Notes under the pieces: generated by a model | What the model saw: only the letters and a program-made list of their open reading frames with translations | What the model was told of the DNA's origin: nothing | The model's database searches: none | Shown: piece by piece, positions 12,678 through 26,261 of the stretch | How the letters are laid out: every line of letters begins with the position of its first letter | How positions within the stretch are numbered: position 1 is the stretch's first letter | NCBI GenBank assembly: GCA_032718475.1 | Contig: JAUCBJ010006145.1 | Location: forward strand, 1-44,913 | DNA: 44,913 nucleotides | Direction: 5' to 3' | Origin: Nemertoderma westbladi | Taxonomy: Eukaryota > Animalia > Xenacoelomorpha | Translations under genes and position numbers: made by a program

Positions 12678-14627
12678 GTATTATTAACATGAGCTCTTGT
12701 ACGTACGCCAGTATTATTAACATGAGCTATTGTACGTACGCCAGTATTATTAATATGAGCTCTTGTACGTACGCCAGTATTATTAACATGAGCTCTTGTA
12801 CGTACGCCAGTATTATTAACATGAGCTCTTGTACGTACGCCAGTATTATTAATTTGAGCTCTTGTACGTACACCAGTATTATTAATACGAGCTCTTGTAC
12901 GTACGCCAGTATTATTAACATGAGCTCTTGTACGTACGCCAGTATTATTAACATGAGCTCTTGTACGTACGCCAGTATTATTAACATGAGCTCTTGTACG
13001 TACGCTAGTATTATTAATTTGAGCTCTTGTACGTACACCAGTATTATTAATACGAGCTCTTGTACGTACGCCAGTATTATTAACATGAGCTCTTGTACGT
13101 ACGCCAGTATTATTAACATGAGCTCTTGTACGTACGCCAGTATTATTAATTTGAGCTCTTGTACATACGCCAGTATTATTAACATGAGCTCTTGTATGTA
13201 CGCCAGTATTATTAATATGAGCTCTTGTACGTACGCCAGTATTATTAACATGAGCTCTTGTACGTACGCCAGTATTATTAACATGAGCTCTTGTACGTAC
13301 GCCAGTATTATTAATATGAGCTCTTATACGTACGCCAGTATTATTAACATGAGCTCTTGTACGTATGCCAGTATTATTTATATGAGCTCTTGTACGTACG
13401 CCAGTATTATTAACATGAGCTCTTGTACGTACGCCAGTATTATTAACATGAGGTCTTGTACGTACGCCAGTATTATTAATATGAGCTCTTGTACGTACGC
13501 CAGTATTATTAACATGAGCTCTTGTACGTACGCCAGTATTATTAATACGAGCTCTTGTACGTACGCCAGTATTATTAATATGAGCTCTTGTACTTACGCC
13601 AGTATTATTAATTTGAGCTCTTGTATGTACGCCAGTATTAATAACATGAGCTCTTGTACGTACGCCAGTATTATTAACATGAGCTCTTGTACGTATGCCA
13701 GTATTATTAATTTGAGCTCTTGTATGTACGCCAGTATTAATAACATGAGCTCTTGTACGTACGCCAGTATTATTAACATGAGCTCTTGTACGTATGCCAG
13801 TATTATTAATTTGAGCTCTTGTATGTACGCCAGTATTAATAACATGAGCTCTTGTACGTACGCCAGTATTATTAACATGAGCTCTTGTACGTATGCCAGT
13901 ATTATTAATTTGAGCTCTTGTATGTACGCCAGTATTAATAACATGAGCTCTTGTACGTACGCCAGTATTATTAACATTAGCTCTTGTACGTACGCCAGTA
14001 TTATTAACATGAGCTCTTGTACGTACGCCAGTATTATTAATTTGAGCTCTTGTACGTACACCAGTATTATTAATATGAGCTCTTGTACGTACGCCAGTAT
14101 TATTAATATGAGCTCTTGTACGTACGCCAGTATTATTAATTTGAGCTCTTGTACGTACGCCAGTATTATTAATATGAGCTCTTGTACGTACGCCAGTATT
14201 ATTAACATGAGCTCTTGTACGTACACCAGTATTATTAATACGTGCTCTTGTACGTACGCCAGTATTATTAACATGAGCTCTTGTACGTATGCCAGTATTA
14301 TTAATTTGAGCTCTTGTATGTACGCCAGTATTAATAACATGAGCTCTTGTACGTACGCCAGTATTATTAACATGAGCTCTTGTACGTACGTCAGTATTAT
14401 TAATATGAGCTCTTGTACGTACGCCAGTATTATTAATATGAGCTCTTGTACGTACGCCAGTATTATTAATTTGAGCTCTTGTACGTACGCCAGTATTATT
14501 AATATGAGCTCTTGTACGTACGCCAGTATTATTAACATGAGCTCTTGTACGTACGCCAGTATTATTAATATGAGCTCTTGTACGTACGCCAGTATTATTA
14601 ACATGAGCTCTTGTACGTACGCCAGTA
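12678..14627. repeat. 33-bp minisatellite, second array (~59 copies)
   Basis: Same unit as 6430-8707. Confidence 0.98.
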
Positions 14628-17354
14628 TTTTTTTTTTTTTTTTTTGAAAATCCGGGATGGCCCCGGCGCTATATTTAATCAATGTTTGAATAATTAACTC
14701 ACATTAACTATAACAATATACAGAATAACAACCATCAATAACTTTATCATTTATTTAGCATAAATTTGGGGTTAAGAGCTGCCCCTTAGTAAAAAGATAA
14801 TTATGTATTAAAAATATATTATATCTCCGTAAAATAATGTGTATTAAAAATATTTTGTAGGAGTAAGTAATTAGTTATTATTATATGTAAAATAGTATTC
14901 TAAATAGTCCTTAATAACCGATAATATATCCTTAAAATATGGGTATTAAAAATAATTTAACTCACGTTATAATAAAGTTATATTATATTATATGTAAAAT
15001 AGTTTTAAATAGTCCTTAATAACCGACAGGCGATAGCACGCATCATAGGAAAAATTATTTAATAGCGCTTGTATATAAATAGATATAAAAACGTCTCTAT
15101 TTGACATACACTGTTTTGTAGCGTTATACACAGTTCATCAATAACTTTATGTTTTATTTAGCATAAATTTGGGGTTAAGAGCTGCCCCTTAGTAAAAAGA
15201 TAATTATGTATTAAAAATATATTATATCTCCGCAAAATAATGTGTATTAAAAATATTTTGTAGGAGTAAGTAATTAGTTATTATTATATGTAAAATAGTA
15301 TTCTAAATAGTCCTTAATAACCGATAATATATCCTTAAAATATGGGTATTAAAAAAAAAAATTTTAACTCACGTTATAATAAAGTTATATTATATTATAT
15401 GTAAAATAGTTTAAATAGTCCTTAATAACCGACAGGCGATAGCACGCATCATAGGAAAAATTATTTAATAGCGCTTGTATATAAATAGATATAAAAACGT
15501 CTCTATTTGACATACACTGTTTTGTAGCGTTATACACAGTTCTAGAACAAAGTTTGGTGGAATAGGAAGATATTGCAATTGATAGCAAAGATGGTAGGTC
15601 GTACAAAAACGATGATATCTGATATGATGAGAAAATATCAACTCTGTTTCCCGTACAGTGGTCACACAAAATATTTCCAAACAACCAGTTTAGTTTCGGA
15701 TTGCCTGTGTTAAACAATCTGAATATAAAATTGAACTGCTGTAGCCGCAGACACGCATCTATATTAATATCGAACAATGAATATAGTACGTTATTGGAGA
15801 CACGGTTATTTAAGTGTATCACTTTGCGCATCGCCTTACGCATACCTTTGCCTAGACTGTTTATCCCTTCAGAGGTGAGACTTGAGGAGCCATAAGCTAT
15901 ACTCGGTATGCAGATGGCTTTCCATATACGAGTTACTATACTCAGTGGGACGTCGGTTAATGTGAGTCCTGACCGCTCCATTTGAGACATATTACTCCAG
16001 ATTTTGCTATTGTTGAAGTTGTAGATTGATTTACAGCCAGCTGGAATTGGTATACCCATATATTTACATGATTTCACTGCGCGCAATTTATTTCCCTCCA
16101 GCATGATGGTGTCATCTATTGATGGATTCCCTTTAACATCGATTGACAGGTAATGACATTTTACAATGTTAAGCTCTAAGTTGTGATTCTTGAAGTAATC
16201 AGATGAGGTTTTTAGAAGTTTTGCTAAGTCAGTCTTCAGGGTTGACAAAATTATAATATCATCTGCGTAATTGACGACACAAAATGATTGCTGTCCTATA
16301 TGTGCACCCAAACCACTTGTTTCCAAGTCATGTATGAGTTCGGTTAGATAGAAGTTAAACAATATGGGTGATAGGATGCCACCTTGACGCACACCTCTTT
16401 GTATTTGTATTGGTTTGTGGATGAAGTGCCCATTTGCAGCGATGTGGGAAGTTGAGTTCTTGTAAAAGGATTCCAGGGCATCAATAACTCGAGGTTGGAC
16501 GTCAGTCCTCCTTAGTTTAGCAAATAACTTACTGTGACAGACCGTATCAAACGCCGATGTTAAATCCACACACATTGCATACATGTGCGATCTTTTCTTA
16601 GTAAATTTGTTAATGATACTGTTGACAACCTGGTGTGCGATGTCAGACCCTGAACCCGCTTTATAACCAAGTTGCAAGTTATTCGTTGGTAGTTTAGAGA
16701 GTTCTTCCAGCAGAGACAGTTCCCAGAGTTTTGCTATGCTTAGAGCAATGGAAATGAATCGAAAATTAACGTCTCGTGGGATTGTACCGACTCTTTGTCC
16801 TTTTGGAATGGGAGAGATGGTACTAACGGAGAAAATTTCAGGACAGGTGCCACTGTTTTGGATATCTGTAAAAAGATCTGCAATGTAGCTACATAATCCT
16901 GGTGAGCGTCCGTATACTAGGCTTTCTGTATTGAGTTGGTAGAAGTCATTTGATTTGCCGCGATTAAGTTTGTTAATTAGTTGGGAGATTTCTTTTGGTT
17001 TCACGGTCACGGTACCTAATTCATCTCTATTATCTGCATCAGATTGCTCTATCATTTTGTCTATAACGGTTTCCCCCTTAAGTTTTACCGTGGCTGCTTC
17101 AGACTGGTCTATGACAATATTCTCCTGTTTTTTACTACCTTGATCGGACTGATCACATTTAAATTGATCAGTCACACGTGGATGAACCTGTATTAGTTGC
17201 TTATCAGTGAAAACATGATGCTTTTTTGTTTTTATTTTTCGCCAAAAAGATTTGGAGTTATTTCGGTTTGAGTTTACTAGAGCTTGTACATGGTCCTCGT
17301 ATGATTCGTTGTTTGAGTATGGCCGGTAATTTACATACGACATTGGAATAAAGG
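14628..17354 (-). mobile_element. RTE-X-like LINE 3' half (RT ORF 15385-17343) with a ~400-bp internal tandem duplication near its 3' end
   Basis: Same RT as 9079-11028; poly(T) at about 14628-14645; 14733-15135 is repeated as 15136-15541. Confidence 0.92.
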
Positions 17355-17914
17355 TGTTAGCTTATTCAATTCCGCTAACCACCCCATAAAGTGAGCCGTT
17401 AAGCAATATTGGGGAACACGAGGGTGAGCAATCAACCTCGTGTCACCCCAACAAAGTGGGAAGGAGAAAGCACACACACACACACAATGAGGGTCAGGGG
17501 TTACACCCCTGAGAGAGAGAAGAGCAACAGGGGCGAAGGGAAACCCTCCAGGGGAGGCAAAGGGCGACAACAGGGTTATTAGCCAATGGGGGGAAGGCAT
17601 CGGTTGAGTAATGTAACACGGCCAACCGTGCAATATATATTATCAGTACAGCAAATCATTTAGTCAGTGTGTCATTTAGTCAGTGCATAGTTAGGTTAGT
17701 TTAGCTAGGGAAGTACCGGGACTTTAATTACCGTCACCCGTCTTCCGTTTACTATCAGCATTATATCCTATATTCCGTGTCATTTATATTCCATCTTATA
17801 CTATTATACCCGAACTATATACGACGATCAATAAACTCTTTTACCTTTCACACACGGCGGGGACGCGTAGATTGAAAACCGGATAAACCGGGATCCTCCG
17901 TGGATCCCGTCACA
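17355..17914 (+). repeat. 5' LTR (560 bp)
   Basis: TGTTAGC...GTCACA, with a TATA-like TATATATT near 17635, AATAAA near 17830 and an 8-bp hairpin at 17889-17909. Confidence 0.95.
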
Positions 17915-17994
17915 GTAATTAAACCCAAACTGCTGCCCTAGTTAAACAGTAATTAAAGACCAACAGCCCAAACTGACTGCCAGCTACCAGTAAG

Positions 17995-20900
17995 ATGAGT
18001 CGAACGGGAGAAACAACACCGCCGCGGACCCCGGACGGAGACCTAACGATCCGCGAGGCCGCGACCAGACGGTATAGACCCGCGACGCCGGACCCATCGG
18101 TAACGGGCGATCCGGCAATCCAAGATGAGGGGGGCCGTCTACAACCGGAGAGCGAGTCGAGAGAAGGAGGAGACGAGAAGGGAGTAGAGAAAGATGAGTC
18201 GACGCGGAGCGAGGGTCGACGTACCGATGTCGCCGGCCAGCCACAGGCCGAGGGCGACGGACGGCCCACCGGAACGGCGACGGTGGGGCCGCCGGTACGA
18301 CGCCGGACCCGGAGAGATAGAGGAGATGTCGGCGACGAGGACGTCGGGGTCAGCGATCGACTTCGGCGGGCCTACAACGCGACCCGAAAACTACTTAAAG
18401 AGACCAAAGGAGGGGCCAAGATAGACCAGGTGAAGTTGAAAAGGCGACTAGGTGAGTCGAACGAACATTTTAACTACCTAATGCGCTTTGGGCAGAGAGA
18501 ACTAGCCGAGGACAGAGCGAAAGGGGTTGCCAGCGAACTGTCTGATCTATGGGAGTGTATGGGTATGCAGGCTAGTGTAGTGTACATAGGGCCATACTTA
18601 GTCGATGCCCGGGGAGTAAAATTAGTGGGTTGGAGGAGACCGCAGGAGGGTGAATCCGAGGTTAACCCCGAAGATTCGGTCTCGTCGGTCGGAGGAAGTT
18701 CCGGGAGGCGGGGGAAAGTTAGTAGGACGGGAAGACGGAGGGAATCCGTCACAACCGATAAGTCTGCTACATCCTCCGCAAAAGAAAGACGGGTGATGGA
18801 ATTAAATTTGGCTTACCAAGTCGATCTAGCGGCGCAAGACCAGAGAGAAGTAGAGAGACAGTTAGAGGAGGGGAGGGCGCTATTAGAGAAGGAAATGGAA
18901 CTGATTAGAGAGACCGGAGAGAGGGCCGAGAAGGCCGCGAGAAGCTTTAGGGAGTGCGAGGAAATAGGGAGGAAGGAACAAGAGGAGCGTGAGGCGAGAG
19001 AGCAGAGTGAATGTAAAGAGCGTGAGGCGAGAGAGCAGAGTGAACGTAAAGAGCGCGAGGCGAACGTAAGGAGCGTGAGGCGGAAAGTAAAGAGCGTGAG
19101 GTGGCGAGGGAGGCGAGACGAATGGAGAGAGTTGCGAGAGAGAAGGAATTGGCCGACCAGAGCGCGCGGGAGAATAAGGAGAGAATGGCAGAGGAGAAGC
19201 GTGTGAGGGAGGGTTTAAATACCCGTCTGAGGGGGCTTATTCAGTACCAAACCAGACAGAAGCACAAACTGAAACTGGCGCAGATGGGGTTGTCAGAGAG
19301 TGACGCTGGCTCGACTGCTTTCGAGGAACCAAGGGTCGAGGAAACATTTATTAATACCCTACTTACAGGAACCGCACGACAAACCCGAGACTGGTGTGAC
19401 CGTACGGGCGGGGGGGGGGGGGGGGGGGGGGTAATAATAATACTACAGTAGATAACGTTAATATTAATAGTACCATATTGGATAATTCTAACCAAACCTT
19501 TATTCCAGGAAATATTTTACCTTGTAGTAGTAATTTAAACTTAAATACAAATAACCCAAATAATTTAAATAATAATCCGAATTCGAATTTACAAATTAAT
19601 CCAAATAATTTAAATAATGATCCAAATCCGAATTTGCAAAATAATTCAAATAATGTAGTCACGCAAAATAATTCAAACAATCTTATCTCGAACGAACAAA
19701 ATAATTCTGTCTCTAATTTTGGTGCACAAAATAATTTAGGTGAACTAGAGGACCAAATTGGTTTAACAGGCGACAATCACAGTGGTGCTATTAATGTGAA
19801 CGTGTCGGATATACACAACCCGGCAGATGGGGGCCTGGTAGGCCACGTAGTTAGTAGGCAGGAAGTGGCGGGGCTAAGCCAACCCGACGGCGGCCTGGTA
19901 GGCCACGTAGTTGGTAGGCAGGAGGTAGCGGGGTTGAGCCAACCCGAGGTGGGCCTGGTAGGCCACGCAGTAGTAGAGAGAGAGGCTAGAGAGGGGTGTA
20001 GAGACAAAGTAAGAGATAGTGAAGTGAGATGTGGCGAGTGGGGGGGGGGCTACGGGCGCCCCACCGCGGAAGATTAGTGGCGAGAAAAGGGGGGTGGAGA
20101 AAGTCCGACAGGAGGGACGCAGAAGTATGGTAGGAGATGGTGAAGTTAGATGCGGCGGGTGGGGGGCTATGGGTGCCCCACCACGACAGATTAGCAGCGA
20201 GAGGGCGGGGGGGGGGCAGAGAGTGTCCCACAGGCGTCGGCGGATAATGCGCGGGCCGAGCTAGGTAAACCGCAACACCCGGCGACGGAGAGTAATAGGG
20301 GGATTGCGAGTATCCCCAGCGGCGTGCGATCGAGCAGAGAGAGACAGGTTGACGTCGCGAGAGGGCAGGCGAAGCGTCGAGCCCGATCAGAAGAGGGAAG
20401 AAGAACAGTGGAGTTTAGCCGGGAGATGGACGAGAGATCTCACGAGCGGGAATACTGCACTGGAAAGAGAAGAGGAGAAGATCGTAGGAGAAGTATCGCC
20501 GCAAACAATAGGAGAGCGAGGACGGATAGCAAGCCGTCGATAGTCGAGATGGGAACGGAGAGTCGGTGGGGTCGAACTTCGGGAGATTGCCGTCGCCCCG
20601 GAGAGGTGCGACCTGACGAGGCGCACTACGCGCCGATAGAGGGGTATGCGATGTACCGGCATGAGGACGAGAGCAGTGGAGGCGGTCGAAGAGAAACTTC
20701 CCGGCGGGATATAGCTACCGATCGAGAATACGGTAGCCGCGGGGAGGACTATTCGAGAAGATTAAACTTCGATCCCGAGCGGCACATACAGACTGTGGGA
20801 CATACTGTAGGCCTTACTGCACATACTATAGGCCATGCTGGCAGGAATAATGTAGGCGATAGGACAGCGCGGAGGACGGGATTAAACCCGGAAGTCGCGG

Positions 20901-21790
20901 AGTACATACCGGCAGGTAGGCCAGAAGCTGATAGGCCTATACCGGTACCAGCACAGCAGTATGACTACAGCATGCAAGGACATAACATATACCCAGGGGA
21001 GGGGGGAATTATTGCGGATAGGTGCATGGGCCCCAACATATTAACATCAACCCCAGTACCAAACATACCGGTGGGGGGGGGGGGGGCAGGGTGACATTCC
21101 CCCATCACAATATCAACAATATACCCCGATAGGAGCAAGAACAACGAGACCCTTGGATGAAAATAGATCATGCGACACAGAAATATGGAGGGGGCCGCTA
21201 CCCCCAATGATATACCCAAGCCAGAGGAAGGTAGAAAATAGGACGGACGGATCACACCCAACAGGAGAAACTATACGACATCCATCGAACCCATTGGAAG
21301 CGCAGGCGATGGGGATGGCCACGTTGATCGATGCGTTAAAAACTAGGATCGAGTTACCACCCGTGGAACCGTTTAAATTCGATGGGAGTAGGCCGGAAGA
21401 ATATCTGCAGTTTCGGCGCATGTATAGTAACGAAATACTAACAAAGAACTTGACGCAGGCGGAGTGCCTAAAATATCTGCAAGTATATACAGGAGGCCCA
21501 GCATACGACATCGTGAGGCAATACCAGGGCATAGAGGGCGGTTTCACGACGGCATGGCGGGCACTGGACAGGGAATATGGGCACCCGGCCAAGATCATCT
21601 GGCAAACCCTGAGGGGCATAACATCGGGTGGCCTACAGGATAACCCCGTTAGTATAAAGACATTCACTAACAAAGTCGAGAAGGCGCTAATCGTGCTAAA
21701 GACGCTAGACGCGCCATACGAACTCAACGCGTCCAACAACATCACCACGATAGCGCAGGCACTACCGATGTGGCTGCGCAACAAGTGGAG
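17995..21790 (+). pseudogene. Long BEL/Pao gag, broken by several frameshifts (most at G homopolymers)
   Basis: Coiled-coil E/R-rich region and an Asn-rich segment, then a DUF1759-like core KFDGSRPEEYLQFRRMY...YLQVYTGGPAYDIV...AWRALDREYG...LPMWLRNKW. Confidence 0.82.
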
Positions 21791-22072
21791 TATTGGAGGA
21801 GATGGGTTGAGGAATACCTACCCATGCTTCACAGAAGAAGTAAGTGGAGGAAGACGAACAGAGAGCTGAAAGAGGGTGATCTCGTGATCGTCACGGATGA
21901 TACCATCATCAACAACCAGTGGCGGTTGGCGAGAGTTGTAGGCACTTACTCCGATGAGGATGGAAGAGTCCGATCGGTAGAAGTGCGGATAGGTGGCAAG
22001 ATAGGTGCCAAAGACAGGAATACCTACAGAAGGGCTGTAGGGAAGTGCTGTCTTCTAGAGGGAGCACCTTAG
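21790..22072 (+). pseudogene. C-terminal tail of BEL/Pao pol (DUF5641-like); PR, RT, RH and the integrase core are missing
   Basis: YWRRWVEEYLPMLHRRSKW...LKEGDLVIV...WRLARVVGTYSDEDGRVRSVEVR directly abuts gag. Confidence 0.9.
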
Positions 22073-22220
22073 TGTCGAGTAAGAGAGGAGTTTAGTCGTC
22101 CAAGTTTTGGACTGAGGGGGGGTGGGATTAAGGGCGAGACGCCCTTCCCACACATAAAAATAAAATAAAAAATAAATATAAATAATAATAACTAGGTACG
22201 CAGTAAGTAGGCAGATAGAA

Positions 22221-25157
22221 TCGAGATAGGCACTCGGGTCCCCAATGCGACAAGGTGAGCTGACTGCCTTGGCAGATAAGCTTTCTCTTAGCGCAGTGGG
22301 TGTTCAAGAGCACCGAATGCAGACTGGACAGACTGATGAGGTTCTGATTAAGGACATGGGGGGCGGTTGGCGACTCGCCCTCGCGTCAGCAGATGATAGT
22401 GGCAATGGTGGAATTGGTCTATTGATGAATCCAACTGCACATGCAGCATTGGACAAAATAGACCAAATCTCTAACCGCATCATCCGTTGCCACTTCTCAT
22501 GTTCTGGAAGACTGGCTAAGAAGTTTCCTAAGGTGGTTCTGATTGTGTGCTACTCTCCAACTAGTGTTGCCCCTGTAGAGGAGGTGGAAAATTTCTACCA
22601 CAATCTACAAGCAGCAACTGATGGAGTGGATCAGCATGCATTCTTAACATTCCTGGGAGACTTTAATGCAAGTCTGCATCAATCACCTACATCGCCCTGG
22701 GTCTATAGCAATAGTGTTAACCGAAATTCTGTCCATCTTCAGGATTTTATCTCTGAAAATGGATTGTTTTCGGCTGGAACCCAGTTCAAGAAGCGAACTG
22801 GAAAGCTATGGACTCATAGTGGACCCAGTGGTCACAAGTCCCAGATAGACCATATTCTGTTTCGTAGGAAATACAGGAGCTCTATACAAGACTGTAATGC
22901 ATTTACACTTCGACCCTTCTCCAGTGATCACCGCCTTATTGTAGCCAAGGTAAGACTTAGTCTGCGTGCTAGCAGAACAACGAAATCTGCCTTGCCACGG
23001 CATGACTGGTCCTCTCTGTTGCAACAGCCAAGTGTGAGATCCAGCTTCACACTACAGCTGAGCAACAGGTATGAGGCTCTTGCCTCTGAGGCGGCAGATC
23101 ACTGTGAGGGCTATACTGCCTTTACAGAAGCAGTTAAGTTAGCAGCTGCAGAAACAGTTCCTGTATACCCTCGAAACAGGAAAAGGGCCCCCTGGACTGA
23201 CAACAAAATTCAGAAGTGCCGAAATGACCTTCATAAGGCGCAGAAAGAGTCCCGACTCAAACAGACTACAACGGCCAAGAATGCAGTTAAAGCTGCATCT
23301 AGGTCCCTGAACAGGCAGTACTCTGTTAATCTACAGGAGCTAATAAACCAACAGGTTGATGCCATCAATGATGCTGACGACAGCAGGCAATCATCCCAGG
23401 CATGGAAATCGATCAATCTGCTTACTGGGCGGAAAAGCCAACCAACCACCAAGGTTAAGGCTGAATCACCAGCCGATCGCCGCAATGGTTGGAAAGCCCA
23501 CTTTGAAAAGCTCCTCCATAATGACAGGGTATTGCCTGATAACTTTATAGAAGTAAAAGTGTCTGAGTCTGTACTCCCAGATATTCCCATTGGCGATATC
23601 TCCTTTGCAGAAGTGAAGGCTGCTGCAAAGAGCATTAAGACCAATCGTGCCAGTGGAGTAGATGGTGTTCCCCCTGAGGTCTTTAAAATACCTGAGTGTT
23701 TAAAGCTCATCTATCCCATCATAGTAGACATGTACCGTACAACAAGAGTCCCACAAGAAATGAAAACAAATAAGTTGGTGCCAGTTCCCAAGAAGGGCAA
23801 CCTAACACTCTATGGTTCTTTTCGGGGAATCTCATTGATCTCGATTGCTGCAAAACTATACAATAGAATTCTATTAAATCGCATCAGGGATCCCATTGAG
23901 AGACTGCTCCGTGGAAATCAGAATGGGTTCCGTAAAGGTCGTGGGACCATGGAGCCCATTTTGGCACTTAGAAGGATAATTGAAGAGTTATCAAAAAAGA
24001 AAGACAGGCATCTGGCTGTTATCTTTGTTGACTTCTTCAAGGCCTTTGATTCAGTCTCTCGCTCACGTATGTTCAGCATACTTTCATTATATGGGATTCC
24101 TGATGAAATTATTGCAGCAATCAGAATTTGTGTCTACTGTTGACGGTGACACAGAACCATTTGAAGTGTTATGGGGCGTCCTCCAAGGAGACACACTTGC
24201 ACCATTCTTGTTCATTATTGTGGTTGACTATGTTCTACGCATGTCCTTAGATCATCATAATGATGATGGGGTGATGATAACTCCACCTACTGGCTCCAGA
24301 AGTCGAGGAAATCCTGCCAAGTACCTAACTGATCTAGACTTTGCTGATGACTTAGGAGTACTCTCAGAATCATTAGAGGGAGCCCAGCGGCTCCTCAGCT
24401 CATTAGAACATGCTGCTTCTAGTGTTGGTCTTTTCATTAACTCCAGAAAGACCAAAATTCTGACAGTTAACTTTGAAAGTCCTCAGCAAGTCTCTGATCG
24501 GATGAGCATAAGCTCAAAGGATGGTATGCTTGAGCATGTGGACGACTTCTGTTACCTGGGATCATGGATCCGGAAGTCAGGTGAGGACCTTCGAATACGT
24601 AAGGGAAAGGCATGGGCAGCCTTGAATAGGCTTTCCAGGATTTGGAAGTCACCTAGAATTAATCGGAAACTTAAGGTCCGATTATTTAGAGCAGCAGTAG
24701 TTCCAGTACTCCTCTACGGGAGTCCATGCTGGGCTCTAACTGCTGAGGACACCAAATCTCTGGATGGCACATTCACAAGAATGCTACGCCGGGTACATTG
24801 TGTCAAGTACAATGCACACATCTCCAACCAGACACTATATAACATTGGAGGTGTCTCATTGGTTCCCCCAAGCTTGACACTAGAACAAAATCGCCTCCGC
24901 TTTGCAGGACATTGCTTTCGCCGTGAGGACCAGCCAGTGCATAATCTTGTACTTTGGCAGCCTCATGGAGTGAATAAGCATGGTGGACAGCCCATGACTT
25001 TCTTGAGACGCATCTTAAAGGACACTGGCCTTGAAGATGCGGATGATCTAGCAAATGTCATGGGTGATAGGGAGTTGTGGCGGTGCAATTTTGTTGACAA
25101 GCCGGCACAGCATTCTTAAAAGTGCAGCTGCAATGCAGCATGCCGATCCTAGTAGTT
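22221..25157 (+). mobile_element. RTE-clade LINE (APE + RT) inserted in the LTR element, 5'-truncated, with a frameshift/deletion near 24130
   Basis: VGVQEHR, LGDFNA, SQIDHILF, SDHRLI, FRGISL, FVDFFKAFDSV, GVLQGDTLAP, DFADD, YLGS; (TAG)n-type tail; 11-bp TSD GGCAGATAGAA (22210-22220 and 25158-25168). Confidence 0.93.
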
Positions 25158-25174
25158 GGCAGATAGAAGTTAGA

Positions 25175-25775
25175 TAGTAAGAGTGTTAGAGGAGTTAGTA
25201 AGAGGGTACATAGTACCGTTAGTTACGAGTGTTAGAGAGGTTAGTAAGAGGGTACGTAGTACCGTTAGTTAGTTAGGAGTGTTAGAGGAGTTAGTAAGAG
25301 GGTACGTAGTACCGTTAGTTAGTTAGGAGTGTTAGAGGAGTTAGTAAGAGGGTACGTAGTACCGTTAGTTAGGAGTGTTAGAGAGGTTAGTAAGAGGGTA
25401 CGTAGTACCGTTAGTTAGTTAGGAGTGTTAGAGGAGTTAGTAAGAGGGTACGTAGTACCATTAGTTAGTTAGTTAGGAGTGTTAGAGGAGTTAGTAAGAG
25501 GGTACGTAGTACCGTTAGTTAGTTAGTGGAGTTAGAGTAGTAAGAGGGTACGTAGTACCGTTAGTTAGTTAGTGGAGTTAGAGTAGTAAGAGGGTACGTA
25601 GTACCGTTAGTTAGTTAGTGGAGTTAGAGGTTAGTAAGAGGGTACGTAGTACCGTTAGTTAGTGGAGTTAGAGTAGTAAGAGGGTACGTAGTACCGTTAG
25701 TCAGTGGAGTTAGAGTAGTAAGAGGGTACGTAGTACCGTTAGTTAGTGGAGTTAGAGGGTACGTAGTACCGGTTA
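25175..25775. repeat. Variable ~42-54-bp tandem repeat, ~13 copies, inside the LTR element
   Basis: Core AGTAAGAGGGTACGTAGTACCGTTAG plus a variable number of TTAG units. Confidence 0.92.
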
Positions 25776-26261
25776 GTAAGAGATAGAGGTAGAAGGGTAT
25801 TTATAGTATAGATATTAGTCAGTAGTGAGTAGCGAGAGGGGGGCATGTGAGTACAGCTGGATAAATCGTGTGGCCACGCGACGCATACTGTTGTACTGCA
25901 CAGGCCCACAGAGTAGGCCAGAATGTGGATTATGAAATAGAATAATCCATAGGCAATAGTAAGTAGTAGGACAGTAGAATTAAAATTAAATTAAAATAAA
26001 ATAAGAATAGGGCTGAAAATTAGCAAATTATGGTAACAGTAGAAAAGGAATTCTGGAATATAATTAAAGCAACGGACAAAATTGCGATTTAGGATACATT
26101 TAGTAGCTTCATAATTAAGTAGTGTAAAGAATAGGCGATAACTCAGAAGTTCAGAGAGAGATAGGCCATCGAACTGAGATAAACCATCTAAACCTATCAC
26201 TCATCCTATAGCGCCTTGGTAAGGCACCACCCAAAGGGTGAGCGATCGGGCAGAGTTTGAG

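Noticed and set aside
951-14627. CRISPR-like appearance of the 31-, 33- and 37-bp arrays
   Set aside because: Units are head-to-tail with no unique spacers, there are no cas genes, and the context is eukaryotic.
6371-14682. Long ORFs reading (MSSCTYASIIN)n and (MLIILAYVQEL)n
   Set aside because: By-products of a 33-bp unit lacking stops in two frames; sporadic stops occur and there is no unique coding flank.
25175-25775. Telomere-like TTAGG/TTAG motifs
   Set aside because: Only isolated units within a longer repeat; no (TTAGG)n tract.
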